From Vicugna vicugna (lineage: Eukaryota): a stretch of DNA of 41,937 nt. The stretch is taken from assembly GCA_013265495.1 (NCBI GenBank), contig MU058824.1, forward strand, positions 5,736,976 through 5,778,912. Reading direction: 5' to 3'. The notes beneath the pieces were generated by a model that did not search any database, was not told the origin of the DNA, and saw nothing but the letters and a program-made list of their open reading frames with translations. The first letter of the stretch is position 1. Every line of letters starts with the position of its first letter. This document shows, in pieces, positions 11,546 through 25,203 of this stretch. Made by a program: the position numbers and the translations under genes.

Positions 11546-14500
11546 TCCTCATAATCAATCACCCAATATTACTTCTTTTCAATGTTTCTTTATGGTCTCT
11601 TTATATTCATAGTAGATACTATGAATATCCAGTGGAGGCAGGAAATACTCCAGACTTGAGAGAGGATGGGAAATTAAGAAGTGGCCTTTGGTCTGGGTTC
11701 TGCAAGACTGGTTCAAAGAGAGAAGGGAAGAGAAATCAAGAGAGAAGAAAGGGTGGGAGCAAAGACATAGGACCAGGAATTTTAAGGTCCTGTATGGGGA
11801 ATCTGGAGAAGGGTATTCCTGAAGGAATGCCTCCCTTAATCTTCTAATTCATCTAACTGTAGTATCCTGAACTTTTAGCCAATCATCCATCCCTCCAAAA
11901 ACCTCTAAGCTGCTCATATAGGCAGCCATGTATGTACGTATGTGCATATGTGTATATATACTCTTTGGATGGGTTAACATACTTGCCTGGAGAAGACCTG
12001 AAGTAGGAAGGCTTTGCTTTTCCCAACACATGGTTCAGAATATTCCACCATCAATGCATACACAACATGGCCATAATTTCCCAGGGAGCCAACTCAAGCC
12101 CACTGAAGAAAAAAGCAACCTCCTCCAAAAGTTTGAATATCACCTTCCCTTTGGACTTATATACATACCAAGCATATGTTTTATGTTGGTCTACTGTGGC
12201 ATAATATCTTTTACCTTAGTGTGACTCCTTGGTATAACCTGCCATTAAAATTACGGGATGCTATTTCATACCTGACTGTGAATATAAAAATATTATTTTC
12301 AAATGTAAAAGTGGCTAACATGATAGGCAGTTGGTAGCCTTTCCATCCAATACATCTTCAAAATGCAGAGTAAACATGCCTTGAAAAAAAAAATCTAGTT
12401 AGACTTTAAAGGAGAGTTCACTGATGACAGAGGTGATAACCTCTGACTCTCTGGCTTTTCTCTGCTTCATATACTTTTGGGATTTTCTCCAACTGTTATG
12501 TAGATCAGAATCAGAAATGACATGATTCAGTTTCCCAAAAAGGTAAGGATCCAAATTATGAGGATTAAACAGGCCCAAATAATATAGTTTTTCTTCTACT
12601 CTGGAAATATTCCAAAGCGTAGGTAGACTCTTGCAAGGAATGACAATTTTAAAATGCACTTAGAATTATTAAAAAGCAGGCAATTGGGCTTCCTTAGCCT
12701 CGGTTTACTCTGAATGCCTCTACTCAGCCAGCACCTCTGAGAAATTATGAATTTGGGAGCTTTCTCCTTGTGCCAGAGGACTCCACAAACATGGCTGTGT
12801 ACTGATTTTCATTTTTGTTACTTGTAAATGTGAAATCATTTTGCACTTGAGTTTGACGCACTATATACCATTTGTTTAATTTAACTTAATGAAGGAAAAG
12901 GTATGTTCCCTTCTATGGAAAAAAAAAGAAGGCAAAACAGGATATGTTAGCGAAAAATAGAGTGCGTGAGTAGGAACTTCCATCATCTTCATGTGCAAGG
13001 TGAAGCTGCTGTGAGTGCTGGGAAGGTCTCTCAGCTGAAGGTGAAGCTGAAGCAGTACTGAATATCTGGGGGGTACAAAAGATGCAACATGCCCTGTGCT
13101 GGGATTCTGGAGTAATCGGAATTGTGAGGTTATTCTGAGAGTCAAGTTTATCAACAGGAAAATCAATTGGTTGGGTAGATTCATAGGTGTCTTCTTGCTG
13201 GTGAATTCTAAACAGAATAATTTCCAGTGTCTTGAGGCATGTTCAGAGAGAAATCAGTGGAAGTCCAGAGCCTCACACACAGCTAAAGAATGGTCCAGGC
13301 AACACGAAGAAGACCTTGCTTCCCTTCTAGGACAACTTGCCCCTTGACATTATGTGAAGAGAGCCTCTTTACATCACAGGTTAATCGGTTTTCTCATTTC
13401 TCCTTAACAATTTTCAACACAGAGGATGATTAAAGAGAAGGGAAGGTGGCTTTTATGTGAGGTTTTTGTGAGGGGGTGAATGATCTGATGGTTGAATTAA
13501 GGGCAATTAGCAGAAGAGAGATGGGCCTGAATGTGTTCTACTGCAGCTAAAAAAGGTCAAGAATATGTATCTGACTGAGAAAGATTAGGAAATACTTTCA
13601 AAACACCCCACTAAAATACGAGTTCTGTGAGAGCTGAGCCGGAGTGAGAAGCTGGATCCAAGCTTCAGAGTCTCACAATGAGGCGTATCTGTGATGATGC
13701 AGCCCCTATCTTCCAGCCTTTAGCTTGAAGGGAAGTTGTTCTGCGGAAGCTGGGGAAGACTTGGGTTTTATACTCTATCTGGGAGATCTCGGCTCGGCTT
13801 GCTTTGCAGAGAAAGGGGACGGGAACAGCTAAGCCCACGTGTCCACAAACAGGATTGGGTTTGGTGATGGGCTGCCTAGCAGCACTGAGGAGTCTGTCAG
13901 GCCTACTATAGCATGAGAGGCAACAATACAGGAACAGAGATTCACAATGTCTTGGCACATCCAGAAATTTGAGCACAGATGAAAGGTCACTTTTTCTGGT
14001 TTTCTGTCTCTCCAGACTTAATTCTAAATTCCAAAGATTTTCATCTTTTTGCTACACATGATCATTTATTCAGCCCCATTACATTTCCGTGAGAAACAGC
14101 TGAGTTTCCCACAGAAGTACAGGATACATTACAAGTACAGAGTACACTATGTTTCACTTGCTCATTTGTGTTTCACAGGTGGAACCTGAAAAAAAATTCT
14201 CTTACGCTTTTTAGTAATTAAATCTTGTTCAGTGATTATTTGGGAACGAAATCTTCATAGTCATACATGAGGTGTAAGAGCCCTTGTACAAAAGAGCAAT
14301 AAAAATAGGAAAGAAGATGGGAAGGTGCTAAAGTAAACACCCACAAAATTGCCATCTAAAATTAAAGCTAGCCTATAGCTGGAGGTGAACAAAAAGTCAA
14401 CTGTTTCGGAAAATACCTGGTCCCTCTCCCTCAATTTTTAACGTGCACAAAAGGAAAACTCTAAGCCTGGAGCAACTCCAACAAAGTTTGAAGGACACGT

Positions 14501-14604
14501 AAGATTTGCATAGTTCCCTATGTAGCTTGAATCTCAGAAAGTAGGCACTTATAATGAAAACACGCCCAGACTCTTAACTATAACACTGCTAGCAAGCACT
14601 GATA

Positions 14605-15225
14605 TAATAGCAAGACAATTTGGTGATAATGGGTGAGTAGGAAGAAAATTAAGTAGTTTGCTGAGATACAAAAAATCCTAAGCCAGAACATATTTGGCCT
14701 CATGTTCTACTTCAAATGCAAAGTCAGTTCATTAGTGTAATTTAACCTTTTCATAAGCCTTTCAGTGATAAGTTCCATTAATACATTGGAAATGCCAGTT
14801 GTTAAGAATTGTCTGTGACCGTGAGAAGTACTGAAAAAGGTGGGTTGGACTATGATCCCCTCCTGCCACCTCTAGCTCAGCAAAAATGAGTGGATGGCAG
14901 GTTTCTACCTTTCCTGTCTAAATGTCCTCATTTCACTCCATTCAGCCTGAGCCTGAGGGCAAGCCAGGGTTTGCAGCCATTTACTACAATAATAGCAAGA
15001 CAATTTAGCAGTAATGGATAAGTAGGGAGCAAATTAAGCCGTTTGCTGAGATACAGAAATGAAGCCAGAAAATATTTGGCTTCATGTTAGGCTTCAAATT
15101 CATAGTCAATTCATTAGTGTAATTTAGTCCCTGCATAAGTCTTTGAGTGATAAATTCTACTAATACATTTGAAATGCCAGCTGTAAGAATAACTCATTGA
15201 GTGTTGAGTAAAATTAAAAGATGGG
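14605..15225 (+). repeat. Diverged direct duplication, two ~230-bp copies (14605-14844 and 14990-15225)
   Basis: Co-linear shared blocks taatagcaagacaattt, gtttgctgagataca, aagccagaa-atatttggc-tcatgtt, ttcattagtgtaattta, taatacatt-gaaatgccag; offset ~385 bp. Confidence 0.92.
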
Positions 15226-15729
15226 CAAGAATAAATCTTTCATTTTCATCTCATATGGGAAGATTTATGAAGGCCTTTGAGAAGAAGCATCTGTCTGCTA
15301 GTTGTAAATTGAGAGTATTAAGGGAAAACATTGGAATATTTTGGTTACATTAGTGAAAGAAATGTATTAACTCAAATGCTTCTGAGATCTTTCCCTTTGA
15401 GGCTGAAGATTACTCTTGATGAAGAACATGTGAACTTTCCGAATTCATCTCTTGCTTGGGAACGAAGGACACAGCACAAACAATATTAAATGGTTGGTGT
15501 TTTGGGGAGTGGTTTCTAAGAAACACAATTATGTGTGGGATGTTAATGACTTTTTTTCATATGGTTATGGTTTTCTTGATGTTTGTGAGTGTTCTCTTTC
15601 AAGCAATTCAGTCCATTTCATTAGTTTCTCTTACTGGTGTCTTAAAATTAGATATTTTCATAATAAAATAAATCAATCCAAAAAAAATGGACTGGGAAAG
15701 GAAGTAAATTTTCTTAAGGAGTTATACAT

Positions 15730-15890
15730 GCAAGGTGCTTTACATAAATTAGCTCAGTTTCTCTCCAACAAATTCATGAAACGTATTCTCAATTTGTAGA
15801 AGAGGAAATTGCAGTTTCAAAGAAATAACAGCTAATCAGTAGTAAAATTGGGGTGGAAACCAGGTATATCTCAATCTGTGGAGTCAGACT
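15730..15890 (-). mobile_element. MIR relic
   Basis: ggtgctttacataaattagctcagtt...attctcaatttgtagaagaggaaattgcagtttcaaaga...acagctaatcagtag. Confidence 0.65.
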
Positions 15891-16229
15891 CAGGCTTTAG
15901 TTTGTTGGCAGGGGTGAGCCTGGGATATACAGAACTGACTTATGATAACGGGCTTCTGGCAGCCTGCTGTGTCTGGAGCGGAGCCTTACTCTGGTCCTTT
16001 ACTCCTTGTCATGATGCTACTTTTGACCACAGCTATGTTCTCAGGTCTTTCTGCTCTGAATTGTCATTTTTGGTTACAGACCCTCGAACTGGCCCCTGTC
16101 TATCTTCAACTCTGCTTTAGTATGCAGGAAAGATGTGAATATGCTGCCCAGGTTAGCCCTTAGACTGCTGGGAGGCCCATGCTCGAAAGGGCACTATTCT
16201 GGCCCCCCTTCAGTCTTGTTCCTGCCTAA

Positions 16230-16416
16230 TGGAGTTTCCAGAGTTAACCAATAAAAATATAAGATACCCAGTTAAGTTCTGATGTCAGGTAAACAACAAA
16301 TAATTTTTTTAGTATAAGTATACCCAATATAGTATTTGGGACATACTTATACTAAAATATTGTTCATTGTTTATCTAAAATTCAAATTCAAATGTCCTAT
16401 CTTTTCTGGTAACCCT
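16230..16416. mobile_element. MER53 hAT-family palindromic MITE
   Basis: Long inverted repeat aaacaacaaataattttttagtataagtatacccaa / ttgggacatacttatactaaaatattgttcattgtttat; ends in tctggtaaccct. Confidence 0.9.
16300..16365 (+). ncRNA. Candidate miR-1302-family hairpin (MER53-derived)
   Basis: TTGGGACATACTTATACTAAA at 16336-16356 on the 3' arm of the stem, one mismatch from human miR-1302 as recalled; expression unknown. Confidence 0.3.
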
Positions 16417-16434
16417 GCTCCCCATGATCCAGAA

Positions 16435-17062
16435 GTGTCGGGCTTTGTAATAAAGACTTACTCTTGCCCAAGGAAAGCTTTAACCTTCAACCTGGTATCC
16501 TGGGTGGTAATCTTGAGAAAGTGTCATGGTTTAACTGGGACCCTTGAGCCAACTAGACAGCCTAGCAATGTGACTTAGTAAAAGGAATTTGGGCCTCATG
16601 GTAGCTTCTCTACCTCCAATGGAGATGGAAACTAAAAGTATCAGCTCAGCCTCTGGACGAACTTGAGACTAAACTCAGGCACATAGGAAGTCAACCATAA
16701 ATATGACTGAGCCCCAGTAAAAATTCTGGACACCAAGGCTCGGTGGCAATACTGTTTGGCAATTCTCTGCATATTGTCACAGATGGGTACTGAGTGGAAT
16801 TAATGCTGCCCATGACTCCCCTGGGAAATGACAACTGGAAGTTTTGCATTTGAAACCTTACTGGACCCTATCCCATGTGTTTCTTCCCTTTTAATATGTA
16901 TTATTTCCATGTAATAAACTATAACCATTAGTACAACAGCTTTCAGTGAGTTGTATGACTTCTAGTGAATTAACAAAACCACAGGTGGTCTTGGGAACCA
17001 ATGAACTTGCAGTTGGTATCAGAAGTAAAGACTGTTTTCTGGCTGTGCTGTCTCTAAATTCT
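16435..17062 (+). mobile_element. ERVL solo LTR, MER68/MER77/MER21-like
   Basis: gccccagtaaaaattctggacaccaaggctc...gacaactggaag...gtaataaactataacc...agctttcagtgagtt...gtggtcttgggaacc...gaacttgcagttggtatcagaagt. Confidence 0.8.
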
Positions 17063-18289
17063 CAAGGTCAAGGGGATATGCCCACTTAACCCCCCTTCTA
17101 GAGTCTAGAACCTAAAAAATGCTCCCAGTACTAGGACTCTGGAGTTCCCTGCCCAACGGGCCATAAGCATGCTTCTAGGTCATGTGTGAATCCCTTCCCC
17201 AGATCTATTCAAGTGTGGACCATGCCACTGATGCAGCACACTTAGGCTAGAAGGGGATAAATGGTGATAAATTGGGGTCAGATGGATATAGTTTGTATGT
17301 GTAGGCCTGTGGGGTCAAACATATATGTGAAGATTCTTCATTTACAGGACTGAGCGAGAGTGAGAGGAGATGGGGGGGGGGATGAAATAGGGGTTTCCAT
17401 TTCTGCTTCTGTCCTAAGCCTAGTAAGTATTAGCGCTGAGGTGAGCCTCATCCTGCCCTGCCTTGTCCTGTTATACAATTTGTCCCCATCTTCAGTTTCT
17501 CTTCCCCTGCTTGAAATTACAGTAGCAATAGTGAGAGACTTCCCCATACTATATAGCTCAGGTAGGGCCATGTACTCTTCTTGAGCAAAGAACAATCTCG
17601 GTATCATCTCTAGCCCTTCACTTGGGAAAATCAAACTAACTTACGTGCAATGTCCTGAATTCTAAGAAGCCCTCCATTATAAAACCCACCTCTGAATTAA
17701 AAGCACCTTTTGGTGGTGGGGGAAGAAATATCCTAACAAAATTCATGTATTTATTAATTACAAGATGCATTTTTTTCAGAAACCTTGAAATATGAAAAAC
17801 ATTTTAAAATTAAGAAAATAAGGCATATATGGTATTATCATACCTCTATGTCACTTGAGAGTTTAAAAAGCTTCTACACCTTCTATCTCCATTTGATCCC
17901 ATGACTCTTGCCGTGGCAGCCAGGGCACCGTGAGAAGTCCATCTCCTTTTAACCCAATGGCACCAGGGATCCCCCCTTCCTTTCTCTCCCCTTTACCCCA
18001 ATTACTAGACCCATCTGTAACCAGATAAACCCCCCCACCAACACAGTCTTGGCCTACACTTCTCTCCATTTTTGTGTCAGTATTTGGCAGAGGGACTGTT
18101 GGTGGGACCTACCATGTGACTGGGATGGGGTTGGGGTTGAGTCTGGGCAGAGAAAAAGGAGGGAAGAATTAGCTGTTACCATAGGTACAGAGCTGTGATG
18201 CCTTCTTTTAGATGACTTCCTGATGAAGAGCAACAGGCTTGAAAGAGAGAGCCCAGAGCCCCTGCCCTGTCTGGAGGGAAGAGAATGGG

Positions 18290-18558
18290 CCCTGGACTTG
18301 GGAAGAATGGGTACTATGGAATTTTGGACAAGCCACTTTACCCTCTAACCCTCAATTACCTCATATGCAGAGAAGGATTAAAGATTCTTGCATCATGAAG
18401 TTGATGGACTATTAAATGATACAGTATGTGTAAAAGGCTGTGCCTGTTACGTGGCACATGCACTCATCAGTTTAATCTGTTACAAGTTTGAGCCTACTAC
18501 AGTTCCTAGCATAGTAGATAGTCAATCAGATAATGGCAGCTCTAATGATGACGATTAT
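18290..18558 (+). mobile_element. MIR relic
   Basis: ttggacaagccactttaccctctaaccctcaattacctcatatgca...attaaatgatacagtatgtgtaaaag...acagttcctagcatagtagatagtcaat. Confidence 0.7.
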
Positions 18559-21500
18559 TGCCAACTCTTCCTCAGAGGTACTTCTAAGGCAGAGTCCTTC
18601 TCAGTGTCACTTAGAGGACAAAGAAAATGCAAAGAGGCATGAGTCAGAGGCAATGCAGATACAGAGCATTTAATACAAAGGGTGCTAAGTTTCTCCCCAG
18701 GGAAAAGAGAAAAAGCAATGAGTTTTTCTGGCTGAGCCTGGCACAGGTAGAGTTGAAACCTAGAAAATGTCCACAAGGACTGGCTCCATTTATAAATCCA
18801 TGTTTAAAGAAGATGGTATTCATTAAGTAACTTGTTGAGACTATTATGCCTTCCTGTTTTCCATTCCCCTGCCTTCTGCTTTTCCATGTGGTAAGAACAG
18901 AGCTCTTAGCAAAGGACTGTGTGTCATCTTCAGAGAATTGAAGAAGGGAGAAGCAGGCCCTGCCTATGGTCTGAGAGGGAAGCTTATGATTTGAAATCAT
19001 GAATAGCAGGGGCAAAAGAGAAGCCAGCAGGACAATTCCCGGGAAGCAAATAAAAAATGGAAGGAGTGACCTGGAAACCACTCGTTGCCTGAGAGTCTCA
19101 TGAGACTCCCAAGATTCTTGGTGGTGTCATTAAACAGAGAAGAATCAGAGTGCTGTGGAGGATGGGAAGACTAGGCAAAACCTGGAAGTGTTCTGCTGCC
19201 ATCATCACTCCTCCTGATTTGGGAAGAGAAATGACACAAAATCCTAAATGGAATCTGTGAGTTATTCCCCCCAAATCACCAGCGATAAGCCATATTGGCT
19301 AGATTCTATACACTTTCCATGAAGGAAGACTGGGAATTGTAAAACTGTTTCTGAGGGAAAAACGTTTTCTGAATCCCTTGTTTTCTTATTTCTCTACTGA
19401 TCAAGAAATGAGCTTCTGGAATGCAAACCCTGCCCAGAGAGGTAATGGGTAATACCATCCACCTGAGTATAGAGAGACGACTAGGGTCTGCTGTTTTGTT
19501 TCAGGCATAAAACCAACTGAGTCCTTGGAACCAGATCAAAGAAGTCTCCATGGGAATGCTGTGCAGAGCAGGCAGTGGACCCTGGAACATGCAGTGTCCC
19601 TGGGAATACTACTGCTTTTAGGTGGACAGAACTTGAAGCATACCTGCTGCAACATTCTCCCCTTAGTGTCTCCCTTATTTAAGCTTCCCAATTCATTCTG
19701 AAAACCCCCTTTTTCCCCTGCACCCAGGGGAACAATGGGAATATCCATCCCCTGTTTCAAAGGAAACCCTACCTCTTCTATAAAGCCATATGGATGCAAG
19801 TCCTGCAGCAAACTGGAGTTCATAGTATAATTTATTTTCTTCTTCTACAAAACATATACTGATGTTTCACGCAGTTGAATATTATTCTTCAAATGATATT
19901 TCCAGGTTTTTTAGGGCAAGGACTTCTGTACCTGACAGAACATTTCATAATTCTGAAACTCAAGAATGTTCTTGCAGATGTCTGTTGTTCACATGTTTAC
20001 ATAGCAAGGACTGCCACCTAGCTGATCTTTAACCACAATCACTGCCATCATCACTGCACACAACCCTGCTGTCACCACCCTGTATCACTACTGCCACTAG
20101 AAATTTTGTACAGCAGTTCAGTTTACTACATATTTTCACATTCAGTATTTTATCTTATATTCACAACCATCCTGTAAATTAGACATTATTTTTTATCCCA
20201 AGTGAGACATGGTCTCCTCTATCACAGAACTTATAATCTAGTTAAGAGAACAAAAGAAGAGATTAAAATACAGTGTCACACATTTTATGACTGGACGTAT
20301 AGGGAGATGTCAAAATACAAAGGGGGTACCTGTAGCCCAGGCTCAGTTGGTGTCAGAAAATGTGTAATACCCATTTGAAGAGAGAGTCTTAAACTCTTTT
20401 TTACTTTTTAAAAATTGTGGTTAAAATATACACAACAGAAAAAGTATTATTTTAACCGTTTAAAAAATCTACAATTAAGTGGTGGTAAGCACATTCACAA
20501 TGTTGTGCAACTGTCATCACTATCCATTTCCAGAACTTTTTCATTATACCAAAAAAACTCTGTACTCACTGAATAATAACTCCCATTCCTCCCTCCTCCC
20601 AGCCCATGATAAGATCCTATTTTCTGTCTGTACAAATTTCCCTATTCTAGGTGCCTCATATAAGTGGAAATATACAACATTTGTCCTTTTATGTCTGGCT
20701 TATTTCACTTAGAATGTTTTCAAGGTTTCCCTATGTTGTGTAGCATGCATCAGAATTTCTTTCCTTTTTATGACTGAGTTGTATTCCTATCGGTGTATTA
20801 TTTTGTTTATCCATTCATCTTTTAATGGATATGGACATTTGGGCGGTTTCTAATTTTTGGCTATTGTGGATAATGCTGCTGTGAACACTCAGGTACAGGT
20901 GTCTGAGTCCCTGCTTACAATTCCATTGGGTAATATATCAAGAAATGGAATTGCTGGATCAAATGATAATTCTAAGCTAAATGTTTTGAGGAATTGCTAT
21001 ATTGTTTTTTTAGAGTGCTGCATCACTCCCACCAGCAATGCATAAGGGTTATAAAAATTTCTCTCATCTCGCCAACTCTTGTTATTTTCATTTTTTGATA
21101 ATAGCCATCCTAAAAAAATGTCAAGTAGTATCTCACTGTATTTTTGATTTGCATTTCCCTAATGGCTAGTGATGTTGAATATGTGCTTACTGGCCATGAG
21201 CATATCTTCTGTGGAGAAATGACTGTTCAAGTCCTTTGTACATTTTTGAACTGGGTTATTTGTTCTTGTAGTTCTTTAATATATTCTGGTTGTTAATCCC
21301 TTATCAAATATATGATCTGAAAATATTTTCCCTCATTCTGTGGGTTGTCTTTTTCACTCTCTTGATAATGTCCTTTGATAAACAAAAGTAATTCTGATGA
21401 AGTCTAATTTATCTCTTTCTTCTTTTGTTATCTGTGCTTTTGGTGTTGTATTCATGAAATCATCGCCAAATCAAATGTTAGAAGAAAACAGGGACATCTT

Positions 21501-22129
21501 CATAAGAAATTTATATTTTTAATTATTGACTTCTTTGATAATTTTGAATTATTTTTTGTATATGGTAGAAAGTTAAGGGTCCAAGTTCATTCTTTTGCGT
21601 GTGGGTATCCAGTTTTTCTAGCACATTTGTTGAAAAGACTGCCTTTTCCTCATTCAATCATCTTGGAACTCTTGTCAAAAATCAACTTACCCACTTGTTA
21701 GGGTTTATTTCTGGGCTATTTACTCTATTACATTGGTCTATATACCTATTCTTATGTCAGCACCATACTATTTTGCTTATTGTGGCTTTCCAGTAAGTTT
21801 TCAAATCAGGAAGTATGAGTCCTCCAACTCTGTTCTCCTTTTCCAAGTTATTTTGGCTATTCTAGGCCTCTTAAGATTCCATATGAATTTGAGGATGGGT
21901 TTTTCTATTTCTTCAAAAACATCATTGGGCTTTTGATAGAGATTGCATTGAATCTGTAGATTTGGCGGGGGTGGGTATTATTGCCCTTAACTATAGTAAG
22001 TGTTTTAATCTATAAACACAATATGTCTTTTCACTTGTCCTGTTTTTCTTTCAGCCAAGTTTTGTAGTTTTCAGTGTACAAGTCTTTTGCTTCTTTGATT
22101 AAATTTATTACTAAGTCTTTTATTCTTTA

Positions 22130-22743
22130 TTCTTTTTTTTTAACATTTTTTATTGATTTATAATCATTTTACAATGTTGTGTCAAATTCCAGTGTTCAGC
22201 ACAATTTTTCAGTCATTCATGGAAATATACACACTCACTGTCACATTTTTTTCTCTGTGATTTATCATAACATTTTGTGTATATTTCCCTGTGCTATACA
22301 GTGTAATCTTGTTTATCTGTTCTACAATTTTGAAATCCCAGTCTATCTCTTCCCATCCTCCACCCCCCTGGCAACCACAAGTCTGTATCCTCTGTCTATG
22401 AGTCTATTTCTGTCCTGTATTTATGCTTTGTTTTTGTTTGTTTGTTTGTGTTTTTATTTTTTAGATTCCACATATGAGCGATTTCATATGGTATTTTTCT
22501 TTCTCTTTCTGGCTTACTTCACTTAGAAGAATGACATTCTCCAGGAGCATCCATGTTGCTACAAATGGCATTATGTCATCGGTTTTTATGGCTGAGTAGT
22601 ATTCCATTGTATAAATATACCATATCTTCTTTATCCTGTCACCTGTTGATGGACATTTAGGCTGTTTTCATGTTTTGGCTATTGTAAATAGTGCTGCTAT
22701 GAACACTGGGGTGCAGGTGTCATCCTGAAGTAGGGTTCCTTCT
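22130..22743 (-). mobile_element. Younger lineage-specific L1 3' end nested in the old L1
   Basis: Poly-T then aacattttttattgatttataatcattttacaatgttgtgtcaaattccagtg...ttagattccacatatgagcgat...ggctgagtagtattccattgt...ggtgcaggtgtc. Confidence 0.88.
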
Positions 22744-25203
22744 GAGAGCTTTCTTTTTTAGTGTATGCTTTTACAGCTATAAATTTTCCTCTTAGCACTG
22801 CTTTCCCTGTATTCCATAAGTTTTGGTATTTTGTGTTTCCATTTTCATTTGTCTAAAGCTTTTGTCTTTCTATTTGCCCTTGTGGCTTCTTCTTTGAACT
22901 ATTGTTTTATAGTATGTTGTTATTTTCCATGTATCTGGAAGTTTTCCAGTTTCTTCTGCTATTGATTTCTAGTTTAATTTCATCATGATTGGAAAAGATT
23001 TTTTGTATGCTTTCAATCTTCAAAAATTGACTAAGATCTGTTTTGTGGCCTAACATATGGTCTATCTTAGAGAGTGTTTATGTGCATTTGAGAATAATGT
23101 GTATTCTGCTGTTATTAGATGGAGCAGTCTATGTATATGTTAGGTCTCATTGGTTTATTGTGTTTTTCAATTTCTCTATTTTCTTACTGACCTTCAGTTT
23201 AGTTGTTCTATCCATTATAAAATGTGGGGTATTTATATTTCTAACTATTATTGTAAAACTGTCTATTTCTCTCTTTAATTCTGTCATATTTTGGGGGGCT
23301 CTGTTGCTTGATACATATGTATGTATGTTTGTAATTATTGTATCTTCTTAATGAGTTCCCCTCTTTATTAATATACAATATCCTTTGTCTATAACAGTTT
23401 TTAACTTAAAATCTATTTTGCCTGATGTTAGTGTAGCCACTTCAGTTCTTTCGGTTACTATTTGCAAGTAGCATCCATCCTTTCACTTTTAACTTATTTG
23501 TGTCTTTAGATCTAAATGAGTCTCTTACAGACAGCATATAGTTGAATTATGTTTTCTATCCATTCCACCAATTTCTGCCTTTTCACTGAAGAGCTTAATC
23601 CATTTACACTGAAAATAATTACTGATAGGAAAGGATTTACTATTGTCATTTTATTATTTGCTTTCTGTACGTCTTATAGCTCCCCCACCTCACTTCCTCC
23701 ATTACTGCCTTCCTTTGTGTCTAGTTGATATTTTGTAGTAACATGCTTTGATGCCCTCATTGCTACTCACGCATATTCTATAGATATTTTCATTGTAGTT
23801 ATCATGGTCTTATATATAAAATCCTAAGTTATAAGAATATAATTTAAACTGAGACGAGCATAACTTCAATTGCACAGAAAACTCTACTTATGTACAGTTC
23901 CACCCCCTGTCCTTTAGGTTATTGATGTCACAGATTACATCTTTATGTATTCTTTGCCCAATAACACAAATTTATAATTGTTTTTAAACATTTGTTTATC
24001 AGTACTGTATAAAATAAAAAGTGGAGCTACAAACCAAAATTACAATAACACTGGCTTTTATATTTGCCTATGAATTTACCTTTATTGAAGATTTTTATTT
24101 CTTCACATGGCTTCAAGTTACTGTCTAGCATCATTTCATTTCCTAAAAACCATTTCTTATAAGGCATGCCAAGTGACAATGCACTCCCTCAGCTTTTGCT
24201 TATCTGGAGATTTCTTAATTCTCACTCATTTTGAAGGATACTTTTGCTAGATATAGCATTCTTGATTGGCAGGTTTTTTTTTTTTCTTGTCAGCACTGTA
24301 AATATATCTTCTGGACTCCAAGGTTTCTGATAAGAAATCATTTGATAATCTTATTGAGGATCTCTTTTGTGATGAGTTTCTTATCTCTTACTGCTTTTAG
24401 GATTCTCTCCTTTCTTTTTAGTTTTGACAGGTTAACCATAATTATTTCATTGTCAGTCTCTAAGTTTATCATTCTTGGAGTTCATTGAGCTTCTTGGGTT
24501 TGTAGATTCATGTCTATCATCCAACTTGTTAAGTTTTTCTCATTATTTCTTCAAATATTCTTTCTGTCTTTTTCTCTCTTTTTCTCTGGAATTCCCAGAG
24601 TATGTATGTTGGTCCATTTGATGCTGTCCTATGATTCCCCAAGGCTGTATTCATTTTTCTTTATTCTTTTTTTTTCTGTTCTCAGACATAATAATTCCAA
24701 TTTTCCTATCTTCAACTTAGCTGATTATATCTTCTTCCTTTTCAAACCTGCTAGTGAACTCCTCTAGTAAAATTTTCATCTCAGTTATTATACATTTTAG
24801 CCCCAGAGTTTGTTTGATTTCTTTTAATAATTTCTTTCTCTTTGTTGATATTCTTATTTCATTTATACATTGCTTTCCTGATATCATTTAATTTTTTGTG
24901 TATGTTTTTCTTTAGCTTTTTGTGCATAATTAAGACAACTCTTTTAAAGTCTTTGTTTTGTAAGTCTTATTACTTGGTCTCCTCAGGATAATTTATGTCA
25001 ATTTATTTTGAACATTGAATGCTCCACATGTTTCTGTTTCCTTGAATGCCTTGTGATTTTTGTTGTTGTTGTTGAAAATTGGGCATTTGACTACTATAAC
25101 ATGGAAAACCCTGGAAATCAGATCCTTCCACTTCCCTAGGTTTTTAAAATTGCTGAAGGCTGTAGTGTTCCATTTTTGTAAGAGTTTTCCAAGCTATTTT
25201 ATT

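Noticed and set aside
17070..17455. Possible hAT-Tip100-like relic after the LTR
   Set aside because: Resemblance too weak to name without an HMM search
18644..19081. Longest ORF (145 aa, hydrophobic N-terminus)
   Set aside because: GTG start; hydrophobicity follows from the T-rich minus strand; no homology recognised
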